Origin: Phoronis australis
Taxonomy: Eukaryota; Animalia; Phoronida
Direction: 5' to 3'
Assembly (NCBI GenBank): GCA_002633005.1
Contig: NMRA01000260.1
Span: forward strand, 365,559 to 429,558
Length of the DNA: 64,000 nucleotides
Part shown: positions 52,401 through 64,000 of the stretch, one piece after another
How positions within the stretch are numbered: the stretch's first letter is position 1
How the letters are laid out: the number at the start of each line of letters is the position of its first letter
Program-made: the position numbers and the translations under genes
Notes under the pieces: model-generated
Told to the model about the DNA's origin: nothing
The model's input: the letters and a program-made list of their open reading frames with translations, nothing else
The model's database searches: none

Positions 52401-52878
52401 TACTCGGACATCTAGTGCTGATCGTGTACAACTAGCTACGCAGGAGAAAAGTGGTTTGTGCTGCAACAAACGGACCAGGTTAATTGATGGTTCTGGTGTG
52501 ACAGATTGTAAAATTGACTGTACTCGAGAAATTACATCCTGTGTGATGACGACTTGTCATAAGGACCACCCGTTGAGCTGTGACCAGCTGGTAAACTCAC
52601 CATTAAGTCATTTAAGTGAAAATGATCAGAATAGACGAACTCGTGCTAAGCGCTTGTTCAGTAGCCAGCGTTTTGTCAATAGTGCCCAGTGCCGTAGTTC
52701 TCCAAGACTTGTGGCAGAGCGTCAATTTTTCAACTTATTACAACAAACTCCTGTTGCCCAGTTCCGTGATTTTAAGGTTTTAGTGGAAGATACTCCCGAC
52801 TCTGAAAAAGGATTGTCTGTGCTGGAGAGGAGACATTTGCGTGTGTCAAAGAGAGCTGGGTGGGCACTGAAGATATGA
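49460..52878 (+). CDS. RHNO1: RAD9-HUS1-RAD1-interacting nuclear orphan 1 (RHINO), ~323 aa. Exons 49460-49621 and 52069-52878.
   Basis: N-terminus MPPRRRKK...KRPLAFAESP, PW|ISPQF across a phase-0 intron, and C-terminal VLVEDTPDSEKGLSVLERRHL match the RHINO blocks (MPPRKK, PLxF, WVSPxF, VLVxDTP). Position opposite FOXM1 matches vertebrates. Confidence 0.82.
51077..51230. repeat. Four tandem copies of a ~35-40-bp unit (aaaagccattcgtcaaagaggaactcataataaa)
   Basis: Direct tandem repeat with variable A-tracts, embedded in a dispersed repeat whose inverted copy at ~55700-55970 lacks it. Confidence 0.9.
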
Positions 52879-53398
52879 CACTGTCACCAGTAATTCTCCA
52901 TCGATTTATCATAAAATGTACAAAAGGAATCATGAATAACAAGAAAGTTCTGGTTTAAAACTAGCTTGGTTTGTACTGTGTAGATGTCATAAAACCACAT
53001 TTGTGTAGTTCCTGTTATTGACATCAAGGTGAACAGCCTCTGAGAAAATGAACAATGACAGGTTTGACTTGTATGTTTGTGTAAAATAAGTGAAGAATTA
53101 CCGTGGGTTTGACATGATGTCACTCCGATGTTACGCGACACTGGTAACAATTTTTTTTTCTAAGGTTCTGTGTAAACTTGGCAGAAAGTGTGTAAAGTTA
53201 GCTGCAATTCTAACAATTTAACTGCAACTCAACCAAACTACAGGATTTAACTCAGTGCTCCATAATGTGGTTATTTTTGGAAGTTCATTTGGAATTTATT
53301 TTTGGATGTACCACCAATCTGCCACTGTGTCATGCATTGTAACTGTTTTTTAGTACAAATGGAAGGAATAGTTATAAGAAAAGTTGGATCATTATATT

Positions 53399-53990
53399 TT
53401 ATTACTTGGCGAAATTTATTTCGCCAAGTATGTTGTTCTTTCATCACGAAATTTACACATAACACATAGCTCTGGAAGTACTGGAAGCCTATTGTTTTTC
53501 GTCAAAATCGAATACAAGATGGTGGCTGTGGCGGCCATTTTGTTTTCATTTTAAGATTCAAAGGCTTCTGGAGGCTACAATTTTTTATGTACAGGGCTGA
53601 CAATCAGCAGAATTATTGGACCGGATGTGCACTACATGTATACCGGAAATTGTTCACTTCCGCTTAAAGATGGCGGAAATATAGGCACTCGCACATGCGC
53701 ACCTCGATTTCAGGAAAAAAGTTTTCTCCTGTAGAGGGCGCATTATAGGGCCAATTCCTTCGAATATTTGCAGATATTAGTTTCTTATGACATGCTATTA
53801 TACAAAGCCAAAAAACCGGAAGTTGCTTTCAAGATGGTGGATCTGGCGCATGTTGACCCATTTTCAGTCGTGGTGAGATGCCATTTTAATGGGAGAAGGA
53901 AATGACGTGAATTTTTGCATGTGGATTCTTTGAGGTATATTCTTTCAAATGAATTCTAACAATTTTTTTCTCAGACTTACTGTTTTCGAG
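53399..53990 (+). mobile_element. 5' part of a third HINE-like family (C)
   Basis: 5' hairpin ttattacttggcgaaatttatttcgccaagta followed by degenerate repeats with aagatggc/ggccattttg and agagggcgc motifs. Confidence 0.45.
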
Positions 53991-55030
53991 TTATTTGACT
54001 TTGAATTTCTTAAACAAACGCAAAATTTCATTTTTTTTCAAAAAATTTACGGAATTAGGCGATACCATCAGTTTAGATAGAATTTTGAACGGGTTTTCAG
54101 GAGATGTTTTCCATTTTTTGCTAGGACGTCTACTTTTTGAATTATTTGAGATTTTCTGATAACGCTGTTCCTTTGTTGAGTGCTCTTGCTGCATTGATGT
54201 TGGTTTATCTTCTATTGAACTAGGCTGTAGCCTATTTCTTATTGATTTATGACATCTAAGTTCGTCATATGAATGTTGTGATGTTATCATCATCGCCGCC
54301 ACCATCATCATATTCGTCATCATCTTCGTCATCATCTCCGTCGTTGTCTTTTCCGTTAATTTCGCCAAGTGTCGCTCAAGACTGTAGCCTTTTTCTTACT
54401 GATTTCGGACTTCTACGTTCGTCATGTGTATGTTATTATTACTTCTTTTGTTCATCCTCGCCACCATCGTCGTCATAATCGTCATCTTCGTCATCATCTT
54501 TATCGTCATCTTTTTGGGTAATTTCGCCAAGTTTCGCTCCTCAAAGCGCTTTCATTTTTACCTTGTCTTGACGAGGTCACGACCATAACTCAATTGTTTC
54601 CCCGAGTCTGTCTTGCGTTTATCTTGTGTTTGGCGCTTTATCTATGAAAAGAAACACCGAGTCCCGCATTAAGAAAATTTCTGTTGAAAATACTAATGGG
54701 AAACACACGGAAGGCTGTAATTTTTCGCTGTAGCACGACTGACGTGCTCTGGTTTAATTAGATCATGCTTTTTGACATCCGACTGTGACATTGATGTTAC
54801 ATGCCCGACACCAACTTGTGTGTTTACGAAAGTTCTTATAAATGTCTTGTCTTTTGCAAATGCCCTTGTCAATGGCTAAAAACTCCTGACGACGTGTCCG
54901 GATTTTATCCATGAATATTTTTTGTTTAGGCCCCCATACACAAAACAGCCAAGTCTGTGCTTTGGATATCGCGCATTCAAAGTTGTGTAGATATTGAACA
55001 GCTGCAGCCGAATGGGATGGAGCCAAAGTA
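53991..55030 (-). pseudogene. Decayed coding fragment with a BED/C2H2-like finger remnant and a duplicated Asp-rich tract, probably transposon-derived
   Basis: HTSWCRACNINVTV frameshifts into SDVKKHDLIKPEH; two copies of LGEIxxKDxDxDDDEDDxxYDD (~54290-54377, ~54455-54538); multiple stops. Confidence 0.35.
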
Positions 55031-55214
55031 GAGCTGGTTACAAAGCTAACTGAACATAACTAAGTCGCAAACCGTGTGATCCCAACGGAGGCTGCATCGT
55101 GCACGGGAGATTTTATGGTTCTCCGTCTAGTCGATTGACTATCGTCAGACAATAAGTTTGGCAGCCGCTTACCTGCACCCTGGCGAATGATTGAAAGCTT
55201 CATGCAACTGTTCT

Positions 55215-55446
55215 CCCGCGTGAGAATTTTACACGTTTGACACGCTCCTGAGCGTGTCAAATGTGTAATACGTGTCAAAATTGTCACGCTTACGTGTAAA
55301 AGGTGTAAAAACATGACATTAGCGTGTCAAACGTGTAAAATTTTACACACTAGCGTGTCAAACGTATAATAATGTGCCACGCAAGCGTGTCAAATGGGTA
55401 AAATTTGCCACGCTAGCGTGTCAAACGTGTAAAATTCTCACCCGGG
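55215..55446. mobile_element. Small MITE with CCC...GGG termini and internal ~30-bp repeats (EnSpm/CMC-like)
   Basis: TIRs cccgcgtgagaattttacacgtttgacacgct / agcgtgtcaaacgtgtaaaattctcacccggg; repeated agcgtgtcaaa units. Confidence 0.65.
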
Positions 55447-56191
55447 AAGTTTCCATAATTTGCAGTCAAGTAGTCAGCTTTGAAAAAAAGAAAATTTTAC
55501 AATTTTATTATTTACTTTTCTGAAAAATAAATGAATAATTACTGTAACTATAAGAAAGGCAATTACCTTAGACACATGGAAAAAACATCCCAGGTTTTAG
55601 TCTAATGCCCACCCCCAATTTAGCAACAAATCTTTTAACGCCTATTCTCGCTTGAACATCCGGCCCCCTTAATTGGGAGAATTTTTCAATTCTGATGCCA
55701 GTGCTCCGTTGTGTGAAACAGTCCCAAATAAGGACTCAACTAAGTTCCCTAAATATTTTTGGTATTTGTTTCGTTCCCTTAGCAAAGATGCAATATTTTC
55801 TTAGTCCTTAGTACATTAGGGGCATTGCATGAAAAGATCCCATCCTATTTTCAATAATATTGAGAAATCAATTTGATTTGTATCAAAGTCAAAAATTGAC
55901 TTAGTTATGAGAGTAAAAGAGCATATGAGGGGACATTATATTTTTCGCAGGCCCTCAAATACGGCATAGATTTTTTGAACTTGCAACCCAACACTGCGGG
56001 GTTTATTACATGAAAAGTGACTTCAGAGTTTTGAGTCAGAAATTGGGCCTTGTGCTCCATTCGGCTATTGCTGAAAAATAATTAAAGTGAATCTCACTTG
56101 AGCAGAAGTGCACAAAGTATCTGAGAATAGAACATAACTGTTAGTTACTGAAATACTTTCCATCTGGAAATCATTTCTAAACTTTGATGTA

Positions 56192-56407
56192 CCGTAAACC
56201 CCGCGGGTTAACACCTTGGGCGCTTAAATTGGGAAACCCTAAGACAGGAGGGTGGGCTATTACCCAAGCAGTGGGCACTTAAACTGAAAAATTGGCAAAA
56301 AGTCAGCGGTGGGCGATTCCCAAGCAGTGAGCGCTTAAACCAAAAATTGACCATAAGTCGGGGATGGGCAATTACCTGGGCATGGGCGTTAACCCACGAG
56401 TTTGCGG
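56192..56407. mobile_element. Tc1/mariner (pogo-like) MITE
   Basis: TA|ccgtaaaccccgcgggttaac ... gttaacccacgagtttgcgg|TA; a second, shorter copy lies at 59998-60155. Confidence 0.75.
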
Positions 56408-59400
56408 TACTCATAATTCTCACAATTGACCTGGAATGTGTATAACAATGCTAATAACACTGAGTACTTAATTTTTTCAGTGACATTACAAGCCTTTTAC
56501 AGCAACCGTCAAGTGGAAGCTTAAGAACAATAAAGCTACTTTCATGAAATGTACCCCTAATGAATATGGCCATGCTTTATCACTATTACATGTTGTTTCT
56601 CTGTTGTCATTGTTGTTGGGTTGTTGGCCCGAATTCTACAAGTAAAACAGTATAGTCACTAAGATAGGTGAAAACGACACAACAGAGTCATCCCATCCTC
56701 ATAGGTTTATCACCTATATAAGGTGCCCAGACTTGTGTCAAAGGTCTTAGAAGCTGTTCTTTTCTGCTCTGTGATCTGCAATAATGCTGTGACAATGACT
56801 TTTTGTTTGACGTCATGAATATATCGACCAATCAATTTTGAGTTGATAATCAATATTCCATTGTAACTGAGCATCATGGTATCAATAAAGCAATTCCAAA
56901 ATCAATAATTATGTATGGGATCTAGTCATGTCTAACTTACTCTTTCCACAGTGTCAGGAGGAGTATCGGGGACATTTTACAGCTCCTGTTGATTATCAGC
57001 CAAGTTGTGCCTGAAGTAATGCATCTTATAACTGTGATTACTTTTGCTGCAACAATGGATTCATATAATCACTAGGAATGAGAATGTCCTGTGAGTAATA
57101 GTCCTACAGTGCTCCACTTTGGAACGCTGGAAAACTCTTCAGACAGTACAACAGTGGGCATTGTATCCATTGTTTCATCGATGACATATGCATGTTTGCT
57201 CCTGTGTAGATTATTGGATCCACTCTGGGTTTTGTTTCAACTATTTTTGAGTTGGTTTCGGTTAGTTACTACTAGTTGGTGATGGAACTGTTTGGATTAT
57301 AGACTATGGAAGTAAAGCAGTGTCAGTGTAAAAACTGTTGATGTCTTTCAGGTATGTACCAGAACTCACTGGGCCCTATTTCTCTGGTCTACTATTACTA
57401 CTGTTATTGTTAGGATCCCCAACTATGCTTTGCACTTATTCCACAGTTACAATGGTCCTAACCACAATATACGCCTTATAATTTCCCTGTTGTGATGTTC
57501 TGCCGGCCTTGTCATGTTCCCCTGGCCGATTATTAAGTTCATCATTTATCAATCAAAAACTTGCCAATCTTCAAACATTGAGGATAAATGGTATTGAAAG
57601 GTGGAACAGACTGCCATTTATACCAGTCTCTAATAATTTTACTTGATTTTCTCAAAGCATTGTCCAATTATTCATAAGTGCCCCACCTGCAATTTGGTGC
57701 AAAGCTGTAAACATGCAGACTAATCCACTTTTTTCTTTCAGTGTTTTTTTCCTTACCATTTTATCAATGGTTCCATACCCCTAATGTGGTGCAAAGTAGC
57801 GCATTTTAGTAATAGAAACTGAATTGGCAAAGGGGGGCATTTGGCCAGTGGAACATGGAGCTGGAACAGGGCCGGGAAAATATCAAGATCGAGAAGCATT
57901 AGGACTTGAAAGGGTTGAACATTGGTGAAAATTTAACGGAGTCACAGGATACTGGTATTGGAGGCAAAATTGTTGAGACAACCGGTGATGTTATCCAAGT
58001 TAACGAATCATGGCCTGTTGCAAGAAACTGCCTGGAGTTCATTTTTTACTTAATTGCGAGATTTAGCTCAACTTCCAAATTTGAAACTTCCACATCCTAT
58101 ATGTTAGTCAAACTCAAGACAAATTTTAATATTAAAATATGTCAAAAACTTAAGTCAAACTTAAGACCACTGTCTAATGGAATGGTCTTCAGTGAAGTTT
58201 TTTTCTTAAAATTGTCTTAAGATTTGTCTTGGCTAAGTCAGTTTTCTTCAAATGGGTCCCATATCCATAGCTTAATTAATACTGGATCTTAGCATGGAAT
58301 TACGGTATGTGTGTTCTAAACTTCTGAAATTTCTTGCTTATGTCACTTTCCCAATTGCCTAAATTATAAAAGCAATTTTGAATATGCTGTAGTTCATGAT
58401 TTGTAAAACATTGCATGTTACATCACATCTACCTGGAGACGGGCATCAATGAAAGCTTCTTACTGGTTGGGATTACAATAATCACAAAGACAGAACTTTT
58501 ATGACCATGACCTTCTTTTGTTTGAGAATTAGGAATGAGAGATGGGTGTCAGTGATAACCAAAAAACTGCCTGTTTGTGACGACATTTTTCCCCATAAAT
58601 TTAAAACTCTGTGAGCTATAAGAACTGTCCGAAAATTGAACTTAACAATGTTTTGAAGGCTAAAAATCGGTCAACATCGTAAAGAAAAATAACACTCATT
58701 GCAGATGCTGTTGGTAAATGCCAACCTCTACTAATCTGCCTGAGCAACACGATTTGACTTGTGTAGACCACCACTTACCGACGTGATCTTAATACAAAGC
58801 GATCTCACTTAACCCGTCATCATCTGTCTCCATTAGTCATCATTTTTTTCTTTGTCCCGATAACACACCCATTCATTTACATGTATAAGTCTGCGGTTAA
58901 GTCATTGTTTTTAAGCCATTGTGTATGCTCAAAAGCGGAATCTGTCCTGACGTTTCCATGCAAAATTTTTTTTGTGTATTTCGTCACCAATAGACTATGT
59001 TATCATGTACATTGGTGACAAGTATGATCGTAATGGCTTGAGTTCATACAAAGTGACAGTGTGTGAACATTGAATGGAGTTAAGTCATTTTATTGATCCC
59101 GTTGTTTTGTAATCATAATGTGCATTTCTTTTTTCCTCTCCTGAAGTTTACTTAAAAACATAGGCAGATTTAGGGGAGGGGGCCTTGATTCCTGAAGTAT
59201 TATCCAAGAAAAAAGCAAAGAAAAAAACCCATGGCGAAAGTGTCAAACATGAAAAACTGCGATTATCACAGACTCAAACTCACGTGAGTTTGAGTCTGTG
59301 ATAATCAAGGAAAATGCTTGATTTTTAGAGGAAAAAACACAAAAATTTTCCCGACCTTCCCCCATTCGGTGCTATGCGCATCTAATCGGGCTTTGCACAA

Positions 59401-59997
59401 ATGTTTTCAGACAAAATGTTGGGCCCCCCTTGTGATATCCTAGATCTGCCACTGAAAAGACCGTGATCACATAACCTATTTGGAAGAAAAATTGATGAAA
59501 AGTCAAAAATTGAACTCTACATGCTTCCAGAAATGTTATCCGTTTACTGAGTTGAATCTGTAGTTTTAAAGATTTTCTGTTAAATACACAACATTATTGA
59601 TTGTGTCTTCCAGTAAAACTTAACTAAAATGCTGAATTGAGTTGAGCACTGACAAACTGAAAAGGGCAACATTCATTGCAGGAATTCTGCCTCTATTAAT
59701 TTCTCCTTTTGACATTGGAATCCCTATCAACTTTTACTGATAGACTGTTTTTTGAATTTTCACAAAATTATATCGTATTTCTCATTGATGAAGTTAATTC
59801 TTACACCACTCATTTCAGAAGTTACTTCGGCTGCATAGTCTCAACATTGAGGGTGGTGGTGTAACATACCGCATTGAAACTTTAAAGTGACAGGATTTTC
59901 ACTGTGGTGATCAAAATGCTGGCTGTGTGCACACTGTACCAAGCAGAACTTTCATCATTGCTGGTACTCACATTGGTTACAGGGGGTGAGTACCTTA

Positions 59998-60155
59998 CCG
60001 TAAACTCCCGGGTTAACATCCTGGGGACTTAAACTGGGAAACCCTGAGATAGGGCGGTGGGCGATTACCCAAGCAGTGGGCACTTAAACTGAAGATTGGC
60101 AAAAACCGGGGATGAGCGATTACCTGGTTATGGACGTTAACCTGTGAGTTTATGG
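59998..60155. mobile_element. Second copy of the Tc1/mariner MITE
   Basis: ta|ccgtaaactcccgggttaac...gttaacctgtgagtttatgg; internal blocks shared with 56192-56407. Confidence 0.7.
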
Positions 60156-60788
60156 TGTATAATTACTGTAAAATCTCACTTAAGTTTAGGACGAGTGAAA
60201 TTTTCTTTTGCTTTTCTTAAAAAACAAGTAAAACAAAATAGTATGTATTGTAACTATACCAACCGGCAGTGTTTTGAGAAACTGGGCATTCCCAACAATG
60301 TTAGGAGTTTTTGAAAACTGAAACAATGTCAATGTTGACAACTATTTTTGTCCAAAATTGGTAGCATTTCATTGTAGTGTATAATTTTTTTCCTAATGTT
60401 TTGTGTGTTGTAACAATGTAATTTAGTTCATTTTCCATCTGAAAGAACATTCAAGTCGACTAAACTCAGATTGTGTCCAAGAAGGGAACTTTTGATTCTG
60501 AATACATAACTACGGTACTATGAAATTGGCCTCATTACTCTGATGTGAAGTTATTTCTGAGTTGGCAAAGAATTGGCAATTTGTTATTTCTGAGATTATG
60601 CATCAATGACATGCCATAACATTGTAAGCCATTATGTAGAGCCTGGTCTGGAGCAATAGCAGTTTGTCTGTTCTTTCAGTGACGACTACAAATTTGAGTA
60701 ACTATAAAAATAATTTTGAGATCAGTTTCGTAACAGTAATTGCTCTAAATTAAACTTTGGTTATTATAATGGAAGACGGGCTTATAAT

Positions 60789-61307
60789 GGATTGTTCTGA
60801 AACCCCCTAGACCCTCTCGACCCCACAAACACCTCAACCCACGACCCCCTCGAACCACGACCCCCGCGACCCAGAACCCTGTCAAACCAGTCTACAAAAG
60901 CTCGACTCGATCTGAACGTAGAACAACCGCTGACTTGAAGGACCAATGAGTTGGGCCGTGAGCTCGGCTGGCTTTTCCCTGTTTTTTTTGCAATTAAGGC
61001 AGTCGATTTGGCAAGTTTGAACGCCAAAAACAGAAAAAAAAACAACGCGACCAAATCAAATCAAAGACCTACCAACCTTACTAATGTCATTCGCTGCAAA
61101 GTGCAATCGTCTCGTCTGCTCTTCTGAATTGCAGAGGGTGAGGAACCGACGAAATTAAATTCACCAGTAAATACAGTTTGAAAAATTTTGTTAAGTAAGA
61201 AGTATTTCAACATTGTATGGAGTAAACGAAGGGGTCGTGGGTCGAGGGGGTAGTGGGTCGTGGGTCGAGGGGTGTGTGTGAGTGTCGAGAGGGTTTTAGA
61301 GCAATCC
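60789..61307. mobile_element. MITE with TIRs and subterminal (cgaccc) repeats
   Basis: ggattgttctgaaaccc / gggttttagagcaatcc with mirrored acccacgacccc/ggggtcgtgggt arrays; no TSD recognised. Confidence 0.65.
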
Positions 61308-62363
61308 GGTTTTTTGCGCCCATGGATGTATCTCTAAACACTATGCAGGTTCTTTACAAAATTTAACAAGTATATTAAATTTTATATGAAGTTGACAATG
61401 GACAACGACGACTTTCAGGCAGATCTGATTACAAAGAGTGCCTAACTAAGTCCCAATTTTATTTTTTACGTTTACCTTTTGTATCTTCAAAGGTCCTCAA
61501 CGGATTTTCATAAAATTTGGAATGTGGGCATCTGTTGGTGAGATAACACTATCCTCCCGTTTTCTGATGAATTAGAAGTATTTTGCACCACCTAGTGGCC
61601 ATTTTTGCTGTTTTCAAGTCTGTTTTGTGGCGCCCGCCTCTCTATCAACCAAACCATTCTAAAGATCAAAAACCGGAAGATCGCCGCACAAATAAAAAAG
61701 TTCATATTCAATTCAACGTTTCGTCTTTTCATTAGGCATCATCAGGATCATATTTACAACAATTTAGGACAAGTGCCAACATACAGCTCTATGGATATTG
61801 CCTGAGCTGTATGTTGGCACTTGTTGTCCTAAATTGTTGTAAATATGATCCTGATGATGTCTTATGAAAAGACGAAATGTTGAATTGAACATGAACTTTT
61901 TTATTTGTGCGGCGATCGTCTGGTTTTTGATCTTATTGTGGCCAAAAATTTAATTAACATCATTCTAAAGATGATTATGAAAACAGTTGATGATGACGAC
62001 TTCGACTACTGTGGCACCTCCTAGTGGCAGTTTTGTTTTGTTCCCATAGCTATAACTCTTAAACCCGCTGCAGTGTCTTTATTAAATTTAGTTAGTGTAT
62101 TTATATGAAGTTAACAACGGACGACGATGGCAATTTCATTTTTCTGTTTTCCTTTGTTTCTCCGAAGTTCCTCAACAGATTTTTATGAAATTTGGTAAAT
62201 AGCTTTCTATTAAAGAAACGATGGCATGTTCCCGTTTTTGGATGGATTCGACATATTTTGCATCATCTTGTCGCCATTTTTACGATACAAACAAACAACC
62301 CTAGAAGCACATCGTTCACGGTGCATTCATAGGCGCATTTCAATGCTCTACATTGCTCTTGTT
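61308..62363 (+). mobile_element. 5'-truncated HINE family A copy carrying a nested hairpin insertion
   Basis: Central repeats with ccacctagtggc and cctcctagtggc; 3' end aggcgcatttcaatgctctacattgctcttgtt. Confidence 0.75.
61667..61960. mobile_element. Penelope-like inverted pLTR fragment with hammerhead ribozyme cores
   Basis: ~128-bp inverted arms, 14-nt loop (61790-61803), short tail, 12-bp TSD CATTCTAAAGAT (61655-61666, 61961-61972). CTGATGA-t-gtctt-atgaa-aagac-GAAA-tgtt at 61851-61881, mirrored on - at 61715-61745 with GAAACGTT. Confidence 0.75.
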
Positions 62364-62755
62364 TTAGAAAGTGGGCGGGGTTTCCTCAGAAACCTCATTA
62401 CAACATTGCGGCATGTGAGTTCCCTCAGTGCATGAATCAGCTGTCACTCACTAGTGTACGGCAACCATTTTAGGTGATGATCCACCATCAAACATTAAAA
62501 TTAAACTAAAAAATTGATATTTAATTCAATTATGCTTGAAAATATTTACTGTGCGACATGAATTTTATTTGTTTTTAAGTTTGAACTGAATTAAGTTTTA
62601 TTACAGTCAATCTGTTTTTTGAAGTTTTTAACTAACATGAAGTGGAAAGAATACCTTTAAATCAAAGAATCATTGTTGGATATTTTGCTGTTGATAAGCG
62701 TGTTATATTCTTGAGAAAGTTACTTGACTGTGCAGCAACACAGTCCAGTTATTCA

Positions 62756-63068
62756 ATGCACGGGAGTTACTACTCTGTGCTACTGATCTCTTATGTTTTT
62801 ACATTAATAGTATGGGCACCTGCTGCAAGTTGCCAATCGACCTGCGGTGGCCATAGCAAGCATTATGGTGGAAAGCAGAGCACAACAAACTCGGGGAAAA
62901 CATGCAAGAATTGGGTTGTCACAGGGTGGTATGGTGACAATGATTTTCCGTGCGATAGTTCAGTTTCTGCAGCTTTGAATTACTGCCGAGATCCAGACAA
63001 GAGTGGGACACTCTGGTGTCCTACACATGATGGCTCAAATGCATGGGAGTACTGTCCATGTGTAGATG
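62756..63068 (+). CDS. First coding exon of a secreted or membrane kringle-domain protein (partial)
   Basis: Signal peptide MHGSYYSVLLISYVFTLIVWAPAASC, then kringle signature C...YxGxxSTTxSGKTCxxW...NYCRDPD...WC.T...WEYC; phase-1 donor gatg|gtacgt at 63069. Confidence 0.85.
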
Positions 63069-63479
63069 GTACGTATGTGTGTTTTGAAGTTGCATGCATA
63101 GTTTTAAAAAAAGTTATAGCATGTACTGGAGCTAAAACAATAACAAGTTGGTTTTATAACTTGCAATTAAATGAGAGTGTATGTATGTGTGTTGTATATT
63201 TGTTTGTATGAATGTATTGGACAGGTGTAACTCATTTACGATATAGCACAGCATTCAGGGCCATTTATAACAGCCACCTTCAGTAACGTGATTCCTACTT
63301 CAGTTGTTCGCAGATGTCATCAACTGGATGTTGCCCTTTAGACAAAATTTTTGGTGAAATGTATTGCATGTTTATGAATTAGAATAAACTCTGTCTTTTT
63401 GAGGAAAACAATGTCACAGCTCAATTTTGCTGAGTCACATCAGTTTTGTTATTTGGTGGAACTCTCTTGCAAGGTTATT

Positions 63480-64000
63480 TAAAGAGGCATAGAACTCGAA
63501 AGCTTGTCAAAAATATCTTTTAATCAATTCCCGACAGAAGTAAGATCTCGCAACGTCTTGTGAGGAAATTTCCAAAAAAAATCATAAATTTCATGATTTT
63601 GAAGACGCGCAAAGGAAAAACTGTGGTCTCCACAAAGTTTCTATTGTCTCTCACACTTATGATAAATGCACGCATGCACTCACAGTCAGTTGCTTGAAGT
63701 CGCTTGAGGTCAAAGGTGACATTTTCCATATAAGGGAAATGTACTATGTCTATGTCTTGCCGTACCAAATAAGAAGATGTGCTAAATTGTCTTGTAGGAA
63801 AAAAATCAACAAAGTGGTGAGCAGTTGACAGATCGGTTTTTTGAAATTTGAAACTAAAAGAAAATGCTTTGATATGAACAGTAATTAAAAAAATCTTTAT
63901 GAAAAAACCCTACAATTTTGGTGAGCAGGTTGGATTCTGTTTTTGGGGAGAACCACTTTCAACATGCCAATTTAGTCTGTTTATCGTGTTCCAGGCCTCA
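63480..64000. repeat. Dispersed repeat homologous to ~17920-19200, running off the window
   Basis: Shared blocks listed for the 17920-19200 feature. Confidence 0.5.

Noticed and set aside
59819-59986. Exon-like segment with good splice sites upstream of the kringle exon
   Set aside because: Stops in all three frames; it may be a 5'-UTR exon but this cannot be supported without transcripts.

Overview
AT-rich animal genomic DNA with spliced genes and one 239-nt N gap (22690-22928). The gene sequences and repeat types suggest a marine invertebrate, probably a deuterostome, but this is inference. Six genes can be built by hand from GT-AG exons with consistent phases: RPS16 (+, exon 1 not found in the window), myotrophin MTPN (-), an unrecognised two-exon helical protein with a hydrophobic hairpin (+, head-to-head with MTPN), FOXM1 (-), RHNO1 (+, head-to-head with FOXM1 across a ~230-bp CHR/CCAAT core) and the first coding exon of a secreted kringle protein (+). 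Introns and intergenic DNA are full of non-autonomous mobile elements. These include Helentron-type HINEs whose ~150-bp central repeats each carry a CTCF-like motif, a TRIM with tRNA-like sequence inside its LTRs, a Kolobok-like element with a THAP remnant, MULE, Harbinger and Tc1 MITEs, and two Penelope-like hairpin insertions, one with a hammerhead ribozyme core. All calls come from reading the sequence; no searches were run.
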